Positions 1 through 11,013 of a stretch of DNA of 64,000 nucleotides are shown in pieces. A program made the translations under genes and the position numbers. Source of the stretch: Octopus bimaculoides (Eukaryota); NCBI RefSeq assembly GCF_001194135.2, contig NC_068984.1, positions 38,403,003 to 38,467,002 of the forward strand, written 5' to 3'. The number at the start of each line of letters is the position of its first letter. Position 1 is the first letter of the stretch. Below the pieces are notes generated by a model. That model was not told the DNA's origin. It worked only from the letters and a program-made list of their open reading frames with translations, and did not search any database.

Positions 1-177
1 GACGATCTTCGACATCTGGCACTTACATGTGCTTAAAGCTTTCGATTTAGGGACATATAAAGGCGACAGATTTTAAATTATATACGATCAATTAATAATT
101 ACATAAAATGTTGTTTTGCAAGCGTTAAAAACATTTATTAAAAAAAGCAAATCGCTAAAATCAAATAAATAATATAC

Positions 178-331
178 CTAAGTTTGCTTGATGATACATG
201 ACGTAAGCAGTGTCATCAAATTCTAATTCTTCCTCTTCCTTATCTTCGACATTATTATCTTCTGTCTCCATATCATCCATTTCGGAATCACTGTTCTCTC
301 TGTTTTCAACAGCTTGCTCCATTTCAGCCAT
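178..331 (-). CDS. GRWD1: GRWD1 (glutamate-rich WD repeat protein 1 / Rrb1) first coding exon; gene continues beyond the left end
   Basis: Manual minus-strand translation from ATG at 331: MAEMEQAVENRENSDSEMDDMETEDNNVEDKEEEELEFDDTAYVMYHQANL+G, then donor GTATAT at 177. EELEFDDTAYVMYHQANLG matches human GRWD1 EELVMDEEAYVLYHRAQTG as recalled. 154 nt, phase-1 end. Not in the supplied ORF track. Confidence 0.85.
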
Positions 332-354
332 CTTACTCCATGTGTCTCAATATT

Positions 355-595
355 ACACAATGCGCATGTCCACAAAATTATCTTTTCGCAAGAATTACCG
401 GCCTTGCTGTGGTAGAGATCTTATACCTATTACGATGGAGAAGTTGAGCTGATTTTGCTAAATATCCATTGAATGATATTTGGTCATCTTGAAAAATGAT
501 AACCTACTAAATAATGTCATCCTCGATAGACAAGGCAGGGCGATCTTTCGATACTAGTCCGCCACAACTTCCGGTCGTTGCGCGCACGGAAGACA
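355..595. promoter_or_regulatory. CpG-containing putative promoter of GRWD1
   Basis: TGCGCATG (NRF1-like half site) at 361-368; ACTTCCGG (ETS, reverse CCGGAAGT) at 567-574; CGGAAG at 587-592; local CpG retention upstream of the ATG. Confidence 0.5.
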
Positions 596-599
596 ACAT

Positions 600-800
600 T
601 AAATAGAAACTCAAACCTTCTCCCCCTCAGATGCATACAGTTCTCAAACTTTAAACACATAAACACGCTATACGATCATGTAATCAGTATAGGGAGGAGA
701 TACGCCACTGTGGAGGTGCGCTTCACAACGGAGGAGGAAGCAATAAAGCACTCCACAGAGGCAATAAGGACAGAGGAATGGGTGCTTGATAATTATTCTA
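600..800 (+). mobile_element. Probable 5' fragment of a LINE ORF1 (RRM-like)
   Basis: Frame reads LYDHVISIGRRYATVEVRFTTEEEAIKHSTEAIRTEEWVL, an RRM-like pattern typical of non-LTR ORF1. It is then truncated by SINE sequence, so the 183-aa ORF 578..1129 is a chimera. Family recalled, not searched. Confidence 0.45.
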
Positions 801-861
801 TCAGTCACTTTCGCCGAACCGCTGGTTTCGGGGACGTAAACAAACCAACATCGGTTGTCAA

Positions 862-1025
862 GCTGTGGCGAGAATACACACACACACACACACGACGTCT
901 TCTTTCAGTTTCCGTCTACTTAATCCACTCACAAGGCTTCGGTCGGCCCAGGGGCTTTGTAGAAGACACTTGCCTAAGGTGTCACACAATGGGACTGAAC
1001 CTGGAACTATGCGGTTGGGAAAGCA
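862..1025 (-). mobile_element. tRNA-derived SINE, head type A (partial), with (CA)n
   Basis: Reverse complement of the head/core seen intact at 9509-9660 (GGTTCAGTCCCA B-box; TTGGGCAAGTGTCTTCTA core). Confidence 0.85.
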
Positions 1026-1199
1026 TCAGAAAAACTGCAGTTTTTTCAACCTTCAGAGTTGAAATCCCACATTCATTTCTCTTTTATCAATCAACACAGA
1101 ATCTAGGACTTGCCAGAATTCACAGATAGACCTGCAAACCACAATCAGCAACAAAGTTTAATGCTTCCATAATGTCTAAATGAGAAATAGGGGAAGAGA

Positions 1200-1850
1200 A
1201 GGGTGAAAAAGTCAGCTTTACTTTCCGTCCTTGTCTGTATTGTCAAGATATTAGAAATTGTAAGTCCAGAAGTCTGTTGGGATTATGATGACAGTTTTAG
1301 TTAATAAGGACGTTTGTTATGGATGTTTTATGGGATGTATACGATTATTTTTTAATTTTGTTGAGTTTAAATGTCAATTTCTCATGTTCATAGAGGATGT
1401 GCATGACTGGTATATATTGAAGTTGTGTGAGTAAAGGAAGAAAATTGTAGCATTTGTTTTGAAGAAATAAGGGAGATAAATTAACAGCTATTAAGTTGTT
1501 AATTTGTAAAAGAAATTGTGGAAAGAATAACTATGTTGACAGAATAATGATTGAAGAGGTTTGAGTCAATATATGCTATCAAGTGTGACAAGATTGAGCA
1601 AATCTATGATCTAAAACATTCCAAATACTGTGTATAAAGGATTGTATTATCAAATGTGACTTTTCTTTTTTAAGATGGAAGTGTGCGGGGGGGGGGAGGT
1701 ACGATTTGAAGGACATTTGGTTACTATTTCAGACAGGATAAGACTACAAAGCATCTTTTTTATTAGAAGTTGAAGATGTTGCTCTACCATATAATGGTGA
1801 TGAGTGTAGATCTGAGTGCTGCTGATGTTGAACATGTATGTGTGTAAAAT
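1200..1850 (-). mobile_element. Degenerate CR1/L2-like LINE 3' relic
   Basis: Minus-strand frames with many stops give fragments resembling the CR1-type RT C-terminus (e.g. LNLVTLDSIY, SFHNFFYKL). Similar C/T/A-rich relics at about 20500-20900 and 53480-53830. Confidence 0.35.
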
Positions 1851-2356
1851 TGGATGACTTGTAAAAACTCTTAACTATTACATGGTATTGAAAGGAATTT
1901 TTTTTTTTTTTTAAATTTTTTTTTTATGTGTTTCAGTCAAGTGGCTGCGGTCATGCTGGTGCACCACCGTGGAATGATGAAGTTTCTTAATAAATCACAA
2001 AAATAAAGACAGGATTTCAAGCATTTTCCCTTCGTTTTTAAATTATTTATTTATCAACAATTAGAACCATGAAATCTTCACACAGAATTGATGCTGTAAT
2101 GTATAACTGTTCCAAGTTTTTTCATAAAATTCTGACTTTACAGATAACAATCAAAAGAATTTATAGAGAACTTCAGCAACAATTCAAAAACAAAACTTAT
2201 AATAGTACTTAAATAAACTGATAAAAATAAACTATATTCTCAAAAATAAAATTGGTTTCTTTCTTATTTGAAAGATGTTCACTTTGAAAATAAATATATT
2301 GAAACCCAAATTATCAAGACAGGAACTTTGAGAACTGAAAACAACTAAGGCAATTC

Positions 2357-2503
2357 TCAGCTGACATTAAGTTTTTTCAACCAAGAAGATTTAATTTTTT
2401 TTCTATAAAGTCCGTTTTTAATCAGATATTCTTTACTCTGATGTTTCTGAGCACCATGATTCAACTGGAACTGGCATAAAGCTTCCAAAGGTTTTGTAAG
2501 AGT
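2357..2503 (-). CDS. DTWD2: DTWD2 (tRNA-uridine aminocarboxypropyltransferase 2) last coding exon
   Basis: Acceptor TTTTTTTAACAG at 2504; [48 protein letters not shown]; matches human [33 protein letters not shown]. 147 nt, stop TGA at 2357-2359. Confidence 0.93.
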   Translation of the reverse strand, partial: TLTKPLEALCQFQLNHGAQKHQSKEYLIKNGLYRKKIKSSWLKKLNVS

Positions 2504-2905
2504 CTGTTAAAAAAACACAAAAACATTAATTTAATTCAAGTGAAGAATTCTTTTTGCAATGATATTCTAATAAATTTTATGCGACAAGAATGATGTAATA
2601 GTTACAATGTTTTGGATAACATCTTTTACAGAAGGAATCAAATAAGAAACAAAATGGATAAAATGCTAAAAACAAAATTGTACTGAGTAAAAAGGTTAAA
2701 AAACTTGTTTAATGTTGCTCCACAAGTTGGTTAGTTATTGATCATTGTCTATTGAACATTAGTGGAGTTTCAAAACTTCATTCAAAGCAGCTAACAAGAG
2801 ATAGAGAACAAATAATAAAGTGAATATCTAGAGGTCACTTCAAGTTGTCGCATGGAAGGCGTAATAAGATGAAATAATTAGAAAGGACAAGAAGAGTTGT
2901 CTTAC

Positions 2906-3034
2906 TTCAACAAGATATGGTTTCTTTTCAAGGTAAGATAATGCAACAGCAGCAGACTCTAGAGTTGATAGACACACATCAGTTGGTTGAGTTCGAATGA
3001 CATATTTGCTAATCATACCACTTTTAATCTGAAC
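2906..3034 (-). CDS. DTWD2: DTWD2 coding exon 5
   Basis: Acceptor TCTTGTCACTTCTAG, donor GTAAGA; [43 protein letters not shown] vs human [43 protein letters not shown]; 129 nt, phase 0/0. Confidence 0.95.
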
Positions 3035-3407
3035 CTAGAAGTGACAAGAAGTAAAACAGGGTTTTCTCATTAGAACAATGTAACAAACTTGGACTTTAAT
3101 GAAAATGAAATCAGGTTGCTCCCAGCATAGTCACAGCAGTGCTGAAGAGTAATGGAGGGAACAACTAACTATATTCTTAAAAGATTAATTTATTATGAAA
3201 GTAAATGAGTTAATTGAGAAGCTTTATTTTCAAGATACAAAAATAAGATAAAAACGTATATATAAGATTAATGCTGATATGAAAACAGTCCACCTTAAAA
3301 TATCTTTAGATAACTCCTTGGAGAAATACAAAAACAGTTATTTAAAATTTTAAATTATTAATAAAGAATAAATGTCACTATATATTAAATTCGAGTAACT
3401 TAATTAT

Positions 3408-3861
3408 NNNNNNNNNNNNNNNNNNNNNNNNNNNNNNNNNNNNNNNNNNNNNNNNNNNNNNNNNNNNNNNNNNNNNNNNNNNNNNNNNNNNNNNNNNNNN
3501 NNNNNNNNNNNNNNNNNNNNNNNNNNNNNNNNNNNNNNNNNNNNNNNNNNNNNNNNNNNNNNNNNNNNNNNNNNNNNNNNNNNNNNNNNNNNNNNNNNNN
3601 NNNNNNNNNNNNNNNNNNNNNNNNNNNNNNNNNNNNNNNNNNNNNNNNNNNNNNNNNNNNNNNNNNNNNNNNNNNNNNNNNNNNNNNNNNNNNNNNNNNN
3701 NNNNNNNNNNNNNNNNNNNNNNNNNNNNNNNNNNNNNNNNNNNNNNNNNNNNNNNNNNNNNNNNNNNNNNNNNNNNNNNNNNNNNNNNNNNNNNNNNNNN
3801 NNNNNNNNNNNNNNNNNNNNNNNNNNNNNNNNNNNNNNNNNNNNNNNNNNNNNNNNNNNNN
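3408..3861. other. Assembly gap (454 N), probably hiding DTWD2 exon 4
   Basis: N run between exons 3 and 5; no DGTW-encoding sequence found in the sequenced flanks. Confidence 0.9.
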
Positions 3862-3930
3862 AGTATTAGAAATGCAGAATAGCAATAAATCAAAATAAAT
3901 TATATTTGTCTGTGAAATATTACCTGTATA

Positions 3931-4150
3931 TAAGGTGGCAAACTGGCAGAATCGTTAACATGCTGGGCAAAATGTTTAGCAGCACTTCATCCCTCTTTAT
4001 GTTCAGAGTCCAAATTTCAACAAGGTCAACTTTGCCTTGCGTCCTTTCGGATGTTGATAAAATAAGTTTCAGCTGAGTACTGGGGTTGGTCTAAGTGACT
4101 TGCCCTGTCCTTCGAAATTGCAGGCCTTGTGCAGAAATTTGAAACCAATA
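3931..4150 (+). mobile_element. tRNA-derived SINE, head type B
   Basis: AAGGTGGCAAACTGGCAGAATCGTTAAC head, GAGTCCAAATT B-box-like, GGGGTTG...GCCTTGTGC tail; same family as 34717-34930 and 43925-44139. Confidence 0.85.
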
Positions 4151-4540
4151 TTACTGGTATACTGTACACAATTTTTCTCACAGCTTACAGCTACTCATAT
4201 CTACCACAGACTTTAGTAATTTCTTTGCTCTTTCTTCTTTAAGTGACTTCTAACAAATTTCCCAAGGTAAGAATTCAGCTGTTTTTGCTTGTAACTTTCA
4301 TTGCTTTTTACACACATTTACCACTCAAGCACAGCTGGAATGATTTCTAAAAATTTATACAGCTAGATGTTCTTTTTACTATTAACCACTCACCTGAGAA
4401 GTAAGAGTGAAAACTCAAAACAAGCAGAGCAGTGTGCCTTGTACAAAATTATAACAGCTGTAGTAGGCTTTGAACTCATGACTTTGTCTCCAAACAATGA
4501 TTATCGCTATAAGTACTATTGGAAAAAATATATTACTTAC

Positions 4541-4635
4541 TTTTCAGGCGAGAACCTTTTACCACGAATAATATGGCATTTTCCAGGTGGAAGGCTGTGA
4601 TACAACATAGGAACAGTACGCAGACATTGGTTATC
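4541..4635 (-). CDS. DTWD2: DTWD2 coding exon 3
   Basis: Acceptor ATTTTGTAG, donor GTAAGT; DNQCLRTVPMLYHSLPPGKCHIIRGKRFSPE+AA vs human [31 protein letters not shown]; 95 nt, phase 0 to 2. Confidence 0.93.
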
Positions 4636-4774
4636 CTACAAAATTTTAAAATAAATGACTTAAAATAATTACATTCACTCCAGAGAAATCTGATCATTAT
4701 GTAGATTAGGAAACAATTTTGAAGGAGTAATTAGAAGTCATGTGAGAACAAAATATTTAAATCAAGTTCAATAC

Positions 4775-5130
4775 AAAATATTTCCCATCAATACTTTTTC
4801 AAGTTAAGAAAACTTATGGCCTGAACACATAAGCAATATGGAGCTATGGCAAAGAACGAATCAAGTTTCGATTAAGGAGCAAATATTTAAGAAAAAGTGG
4901 AAGTGGATTGGTAGCACAATTAGAAAGGACACACCAAATGTAGCGAAAAGTGCTTTACAGTGGAATCCGGATGGATATAGAAAGATGGGTAAGCCTAAGA
5001 ACTCGTGGCGTAGATCAACACAAAAGGAACTAGAGAAAGGGGGACATTCATGGCAGAGTATAAGTACAGAAGCGAAAAATTATGTGACATGGAATTCAAT
5101 TATAAGTGGCCTATACTCCGAAAGGAAGAA
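4775..5130 (+). mobile_element. RTE-clade LINE reverse-transcriptase C-terminal relic, antisense in DTWD2 intron 2
   Basis: WPEHISNMELWQRTNQVSIKEQIFKKKWKWIGSTIRK...ALQWNPDGYRKMGKPKNSWRRS matches the RTE C-terminal pattern (W+WxGHxxR...WNPxGxRxxG+P+xxW). Confidence 0.85.
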
Positions 5131-5209
5131 GAAAACTTTAAACTCAAGCACAATAAACTGCTTTTTTAACAGTTTTATAGTTCTTTATTTTAAAGTTTTC
5201 TTAACTTAG

Positions 5210-5500
5210 TGCCACAAAAAGGCCACTCATACCAGAGAAATGAAAAGAGTACCTATGTTGGCATCACATAAAGAGCATCTGTGCCAGCGCTATGTAAAAA
5301 TGGACCTGTGCTAGACCCATGTAAAAAGCATCCAGTACACTATGTAAAGTGGTTGACATTAAGAAGGGCATCCAGCTGTAGAAACCATGCCAAAACTGAT
5401 GACTGGAATCTGGTGCAACCCTCCAGTTTGCCAGCTCCTGTCAAACTGTCCAATTCTTGCTAGCATGGAAAAAAGACATTAAATGATAATGATGATGATA
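5210..5500 (+). mobile_element. RTE-type LINE 3' UTR with (GAT)n tail
   Basis: GAAGGGCATCCAGCTGTAGAAAC...GCTAGCATGGAAAA...GATGATGAT, as at the end of the RT-bearing copy 42350-43257. Other copies: 8400-8790(-), 21340-21460(-), 23355-23475(+), 34400-34610(+), 41452-41735(-), 53212-53370(-). Confidence 0.8.
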
Positions 5501-6075
5501 AAACTCTGCCATAGTTTGTTTGTCCATTCATTCAGTAAACCATGCTAGTGCAGGTAAGATAAAGATGCCACACAATAAGACCATGTGGTAACAAAGTGAA
5601 TGACATATTCACCAGGCATGCTTAACAATGACAATACAATGACAAGAGCTGACTGTACCGTCTATCATCCACTCACAAGGCTTTGGTTGGCCCAATGATT
5701 TTAGTAGAAGACACTTGCCCAAGGTACCACACAGTAGAACTGAACCTGAAACCATGTGATTGGGAAGCAAAATTTTTGATCACACAACCATGCCAGCATC
5801 TCTTAGATATCACCAATGTATTTGTTTATTTCTATGTAGAAAAGTTTATTGATTCCTGAAACTAAATTACAATGTATTTGAAAGGAGTAGCAGGACTTTT
5901 TATGCCATTAGTATAACTTCCTAATCCTGATACTATATGAGACACACTGTGTTTTATTTTACAAGAATAGTGTAATTCCATACATTTGCTTTCAAGAAGA
6001 GTTAATTTTGGGATTATATATTTTTAGTGAGAAAATATTTGGAAAAAATCAAATATATGTCAAAAGTTTGTATAC

Positions 6076-6166
6076 CTCAAATGGATGTTGAAGAATATAA
6101 ACTGTGGTAGAAAGTTGAATTGGTTCTCGTGGGAGATACGGGCACCAGCAGACTGTCACAGGACGG
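6076..6166 (-). CDS. DTWD2: DTWD2 coding exon 2
   Basis: Acceptor TTTGTATATTCTTTAG, donor GTATAC; C+RPVTVCWCPYLPREPIQLSTTVYILQHPFE vs human [30 protein letters not shown]; 91 nt, phase 2 to 0. Confidence 0.95.
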
Positions 6167-6889
6167 CTAAAGAATATACAAACAATTCTGGATGAATCAC
6201 TAACAAAAAAAATTTAAATGCTATGTATGGATACATAGATTTTACTAACAAAAATTGCACAATATCAGTGCTTAGTGGCATATCTTTTGGCTCTTCACAC
6301 TCTGAGTTCAAATCCCAGAGGTCGACTTTGCTTTTCATCCTTTTGGAGTCAATAAAATAAATATCAGCTGATTACTAGGGTCAATGAAATCAACTTACCC
6401 TCCCACTAGAAATTGCTGGCCTTGAGCCAAAATTTGAAATCATTTTTTTCTTTTTTAAGTATTTTCGGTCAGTTAATGATCTACTTTTAATTGGTTGAAA
6501 ATAACTGATTATTATCAACAAAGTATTCTATACATAAAACTCTATTTTACAAAATAATATATTTAAAAAAGATATCTACAATCTATAGCACATATTTTAT
6601 AATAAAAATTATTCTATATTCAAATTGTTCCATTGATGAATTATTCAACAAAATAATATATTTACAAAAATATTTTATAGAAAGTTGTTTCAAGGCTGGA
6701 TAAAAAGTCATTTTGGTAAGAGATTGGTGCAATAAAGTCAGTTGATGAAAATTTGTTCAATAAAATGTTATCATTTTATAAACAACAACTTTAATAAAAA
6801 GTTGTTTAGATAAAAAGCCATTTGATGAAAATTTGCTTGATGAATCTTTGTTCAACAGAGTTGTACCATTCTCATCTGTCATCAATATC

Positions 6890-7560
6890 ATCATCACCAT
6901 TTACTGGAAAGACACAAGCAAGAATGGAATTCAAAAGGGCCAATGTTCTGGGAAGGAAGAACTGAGCAAAGTGGTTAGTGTAAGGCTTGGGTGGTTGGAT
7001 ACAACAAGGGTGATGAGAGAAAGAGAGACAAATGAGTTGGGAATGCCTGAGTGAATGTGATAAGAATCCAACCAGCTTTGAGGAGCAAAGTAGGATCTTT
7101 TCTGGTTGACTGCCACTTTTCAATTTCTTCAATTTCTGTTCCAATTGATGTCATATTTGGTGTAATGTGATGTTTTCTCGAAATAAGGATTTATATTTTT
7201 TTTTAAATGTTGAAAGACTGACCTATCTTCATAGGAAGATGCTTTCAAGGTTTCTATTCAAGGAGATGTCTGAATTTGGTGTGTGGAGTCTATGTTACAT
7301 GTAAATGATGCATAGCCAGGAAAGAAGGACATGTTAAACCAAAGTTATCTGACATGAAAGTTTTAGGGGACAAGGGTTATTTAGAAGGCAGATGATATGA
7401 GAAAGCTGCTTTGATTGGATACTAATCAGATACAATGGAAGAAGAAACAGCGATGGTAGATGTCAAGAATGCTTCAAGAGTTGGTCAGGGATATCAGTAG
7501 GTGAGGGTCAGACAATTCAGGATGGCTAAAGCTTCAGCTTCTGTGCTAGAAGCAACAGAG
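6890..7560 (-). mobile_element. CR1/L2-type LINE 3' relic
   Basis: Minus frame ...RHSQL...HPCCIQPPKPYTNHFAQFFLPRTLALLNSILACVFP resembles the conserved CR1/L2 RT terminus (xSFFPRTxxxWNSLPxxVFP). Confidence 0.6.
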
Positions 7561-7971
7561 AGAGAGAGAGAGAGAGAGAGCTTAACTTGTATGCATTGTT
7601 GTTATAACTATTCTATAAGACATTAAATAACTGTTCTATAAGACATTCTTGTTATAACTATTCTGTTCCTTATTCAGTCATACTTCCTTTTTAAGACAAA
7701 TGTGAGATGAGCTATTTGACTGTTATTTCTAGCAAGTCTAGTGATTATATAGAAGCTCCCTTGTGGTTATTGGAGATGATAAGTATCCTTTAAAAAGTAC
7801 AGGCATGGTTGTGTAGTTAAGAAGTTTGCTTCCCAACCATGTAGTTTCAGGTTCAGTCCCACTGTGCAGGACATTGGGTAAGTGCCTTCTACAATAGCTT
7901 TAAGCCAACCAAAGCCTTGTCAGTAGACAAAAGGTGAAAGAAAGCTATTGATTACATACATACACATATTA

Positions 7972-8024
<53 letters not shown>

Positions 8025-9508
8025 NNNNNNNNNNNNNNNNNNNNNNNNNNNNNNNNNNNNNNNNNNNNNNNNNNNNNNNNNNNNNNNNNNNNNNNNNNNN
8101 NNNNNNNNNNNNNNNNNNNNNNNNNNNNNNNNNNNNNNNNNNNNNNNNNNNNNNNNNNNNNNNNNNNNNNNNNNNNNNNNNNNNNNNNNNNNNNNNNNNN
8201 NNNNNNNNNNNNNNNNNNNNNNNNNNNNNNNNNNNNNNNNNNNNNNNNNNNNNNNNNNNNNNNNNNNNNNNNNNNNNNNNNNNNNNNNNNNNNNNNNNNN
8301 NNNNNNNNNNNNNNNNNNNNNNNNNNNNNNNNNNNNNNNNNNNNNNNNNNNNNNNNNNNNNNNNNNNNNNNNNNNNNNNNNNNNNNNNNNNNNNNNNNNT
8401 AAAATGAAGATGATGATGATGATCATCATCTTCATTTTAACATCATCATCGTCATTTAATGTTTGCTTTCCATGCTAGCATGGGTTGGATGATTTGACTG
8501 AGGACTGGTGGACCAGGAGGCGACACCAGGCTCCAATCTGATTTGGCAGAGTTTCTACAGCTGGATGCCTTTCCTAATGCCAACCACTCAGAGAGTCTTG
8601 TGGGTGCTTTTACGTGCCAGTCAAGTGGTACTGGCGACGGCCATGCTCAAAATGGTGTATTTTACGTGCCACCTGCACAGGAGCCAGTCCAGCGGCACTG
8701 GCAATGATCTCGCTCAAATGTCTCTTCACGTGCCAGGGAGGTGACGTTGGTAACGATCAATAGCCATGCTCGAAATGGTATGATGATAATGATATTACAA
8801 TATAGTATTAAGTGGAAAGAAAATACAGATTAGAGATAGGGGACAAGAAATGTAGTATGGTTTTGATGTTACTAGGATTGTGTGGTTGGTCTATGATTGG
8901 ACTATAGTTTACAGATATTGGTGTGGAGGATGGGAAATTGTCCAAAGGATGATTTTCAAACTTTTTTTTTTCATAGATTTTGTTAAACTTTTAACAGCAA
9001 AATCATCTGCATTTGTCCTTAGCCAAGTTGGAAATCAGTATTTTGAGGTGAGCCTCACAAAATTCATTGTTGTTGGGGAGGAGACCAATTACAAGTGAAA
9101 GAGAACAAGGTATATGATTAGATAGCATTTAAAGGTGTTACCCTGGTACATACATTTGGGCCATGCAAAATTTCTCCCAGTAACCTCTTAAAATAAATGG
9201 CAACACTGAGAGTAGTCTTTTTGACACTCAAACTGAGGGCTGACAAGTGAGTGAATTTCACAAAAGGTACTCAAAAGTAGCCAGTTGATGGTGTTATATC
9301 AGGCTATCATCTTTTTTGCTTCAGTTGTCAGTAATTATTCTCAACAAAAATCTGATCATTAACAAATGTTTGATCCAACAGTATGCACTGTAAAATTTAA
9401 AATGTCCTCTTCATTCTACTATTCAGCTTTTAACCTGCATTTTACAACAGAATATCAAATAAAGAGGTATGATTTAATCTGTACTTTGTAATTAATTGTA
9501 TCCAAATA

Positions 9509-9679
9509 GGCGTAGGAGTGACTGTGTGGTAAGAAGCTTGCTTACCAACCACATGGTTCCAGGTTCAGTCCCACTGCATGGCATCTTGGGCAAGTGTCTT
9601 CTACTATAGCCTCAGACCGACCAAAGCCTTGTGAGTGGATTTGGTAGACGGAAACTGAAAGAAACCCGTCATATACATG

Positions 9680-9724
<45 letters not shown>

Positions 9725-9925
9725 TTGTCTCCCCCCCCCAACATCGCTTGACAACCGATGCTGGTGTGTTTACGTCCCCGTAACTTAGCGGTTCGGCAAA
9801 AGAGACCGATAGAATAAGTACTAGGCTTACAAAGAATAAGTCCTGGGGTCGATTTGCTCGACTAAAGGCGGTGCTCCAGCATGGCCACAGTCAAATGACT
9901 GAAACAAGTAACAGAGTAAAGAGTA
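9509..9925 (+). mobile_element. Full-length, CpG-intact tRNA-derived SINE (head type A) with internal (TA)n(GT)n and AGAGTA-type tail, in DTWD2 intron 1
   Basis: A-box-like TGACTGTGTGG, B-box GGTTCAGTCCC, CORE-like CTTGGGCAAGTG, internal microsatellite, 3' body. Resembles Octopus OK/OR-type SINEs; named family not verified. Other copies: 5660-5795(-), 7800-7960(+), 39380-39570(-, 3' half), 40205-40380(-), 43497-43815(+), 49700-49870(-), 56090-56300(-, 3' half). Confidence 0.92.
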
Positions 9926-10909
9926 ACGTTTTATGGGTTTATATATATATATAATCACTATTTTAAAGTTATTATTCCTAACTTCTCAACTGATATTTCT
10001 TTATAGCATTAAAACAAAATGATAAATGTTTGTGATACAAGTTATTAGCAATAGTTTTTCCAATAGAAATTCGCACTGATTTGAATATCGTGTGTATTTT
10101 AATCTCGTCTAGAATCGTTTCACTTCCGTTTATCTTGACGTGTACAACGGCTTAATCAGATGGAAGTGATGAAACGCAAGTAATTTTTGAATACAAACAA
10201 AATAATATCTATATTATGTAGCCATATATATATATATATATATAATATAACTTTATACTATTTAACTCATTACTATAGCGACGAACGATCTTTATAAGGA
10301 AGTCCAATGAAGGATAAAACTAATCGGTGTGCAGTAATTCAAAGAAGCAAACAATTTACGATAATAACAATTTAATCACGTTGATTAACAATAAGAATTA
10401 GGCAAATGAGCTTTATATTAATTTTTCCCTCTTATTAATTTAAGAGACATAAAAGTAGTATGCTTATATAAACTTTCTAAGAGTTAGAGCGACAAAGGAA
10501 ATAACATGATAATGTCGTTTGTCGACAGAGATATAACTACTTTCGTTTAGGATACATAATTTGTTGACCTACACGTTGAGCGAATTTAGTTAATATTCTC
10601 AAGAAAGAGCAGGAAATAGATAATTTTTGAAGTGCACGCTGAGCAAGTTTTGTTAATATTCTCGTGAAAGACATGTGATGAAGTGTTAGGTCTCAAGCAT
10701 GAATTTACAAATAACTAGTCAAAATGCTATTTCTAAAAACAATAAACAGAGGTTCGAAAGAACTAATAAAAATTAGATACTGCGCTTAATATTAATCAAT
10801 GTGAAACTGACTACAAAATTAATTGTGAATTGTTAACACTAGTAACAATCAAAGCGTGGAGCCGATTGTTTAAACATGAGTATTGTGATTTAAATGCTTG
10901 TTTACTAAC

Positions 10910-11013
10910 CAACACCGGCTACATGTCTGGCGTTTGGTATTAATAACAGGTTCTTCATTTGCAAAATCATAAAGATCGTCCAAAAAAGATTCTGTTTCAA
11001 CGTTGTCATCCAT
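10910..11013 (-). CDS. DTWD2: DTWD2 first coding exon
   Basis: ATG at 11013: MDDNVETESFLDDLYDFANEEPVINTKRQTCSRC+TG, donor GTTAGT. RQTCSRC matches human RPECTRC. 104 nt, phase 2, joins exon 2 in frame to give CSRCCRPVTVCWC. Confidence 0.9.

Noticed and set aside
210-452. 80-aa Ser-rich plus-strand ORF
   Set aside because: Antisense shadow of the acidic GRWD1 exon 1.
578-1129. 183-aa ORF as a host gene
   Set aside because: Chimera of a LINE ORF1-like fragment, (CA)n and an antisense SINE.
3378-3893. Long ORFs containing X runs (also 7920-8478, 26558-27009, 42455-43183, 56227-56568)
   Set aside because: Artefacts of N gaps and flanking (TA)n/(CA)n repeats.
9509-9580. tRNA genes
   Set aside because: A/B-box sequences throughout the window are SINE heads continuing into SINE bodies; no complete cloverleaf seen.
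10119-10170. TCACTTCCGT...ATGGAAGTGA hairpin as a miRNA
   Set aside because: Only about 12 pairs before pairing collapses; too weak.
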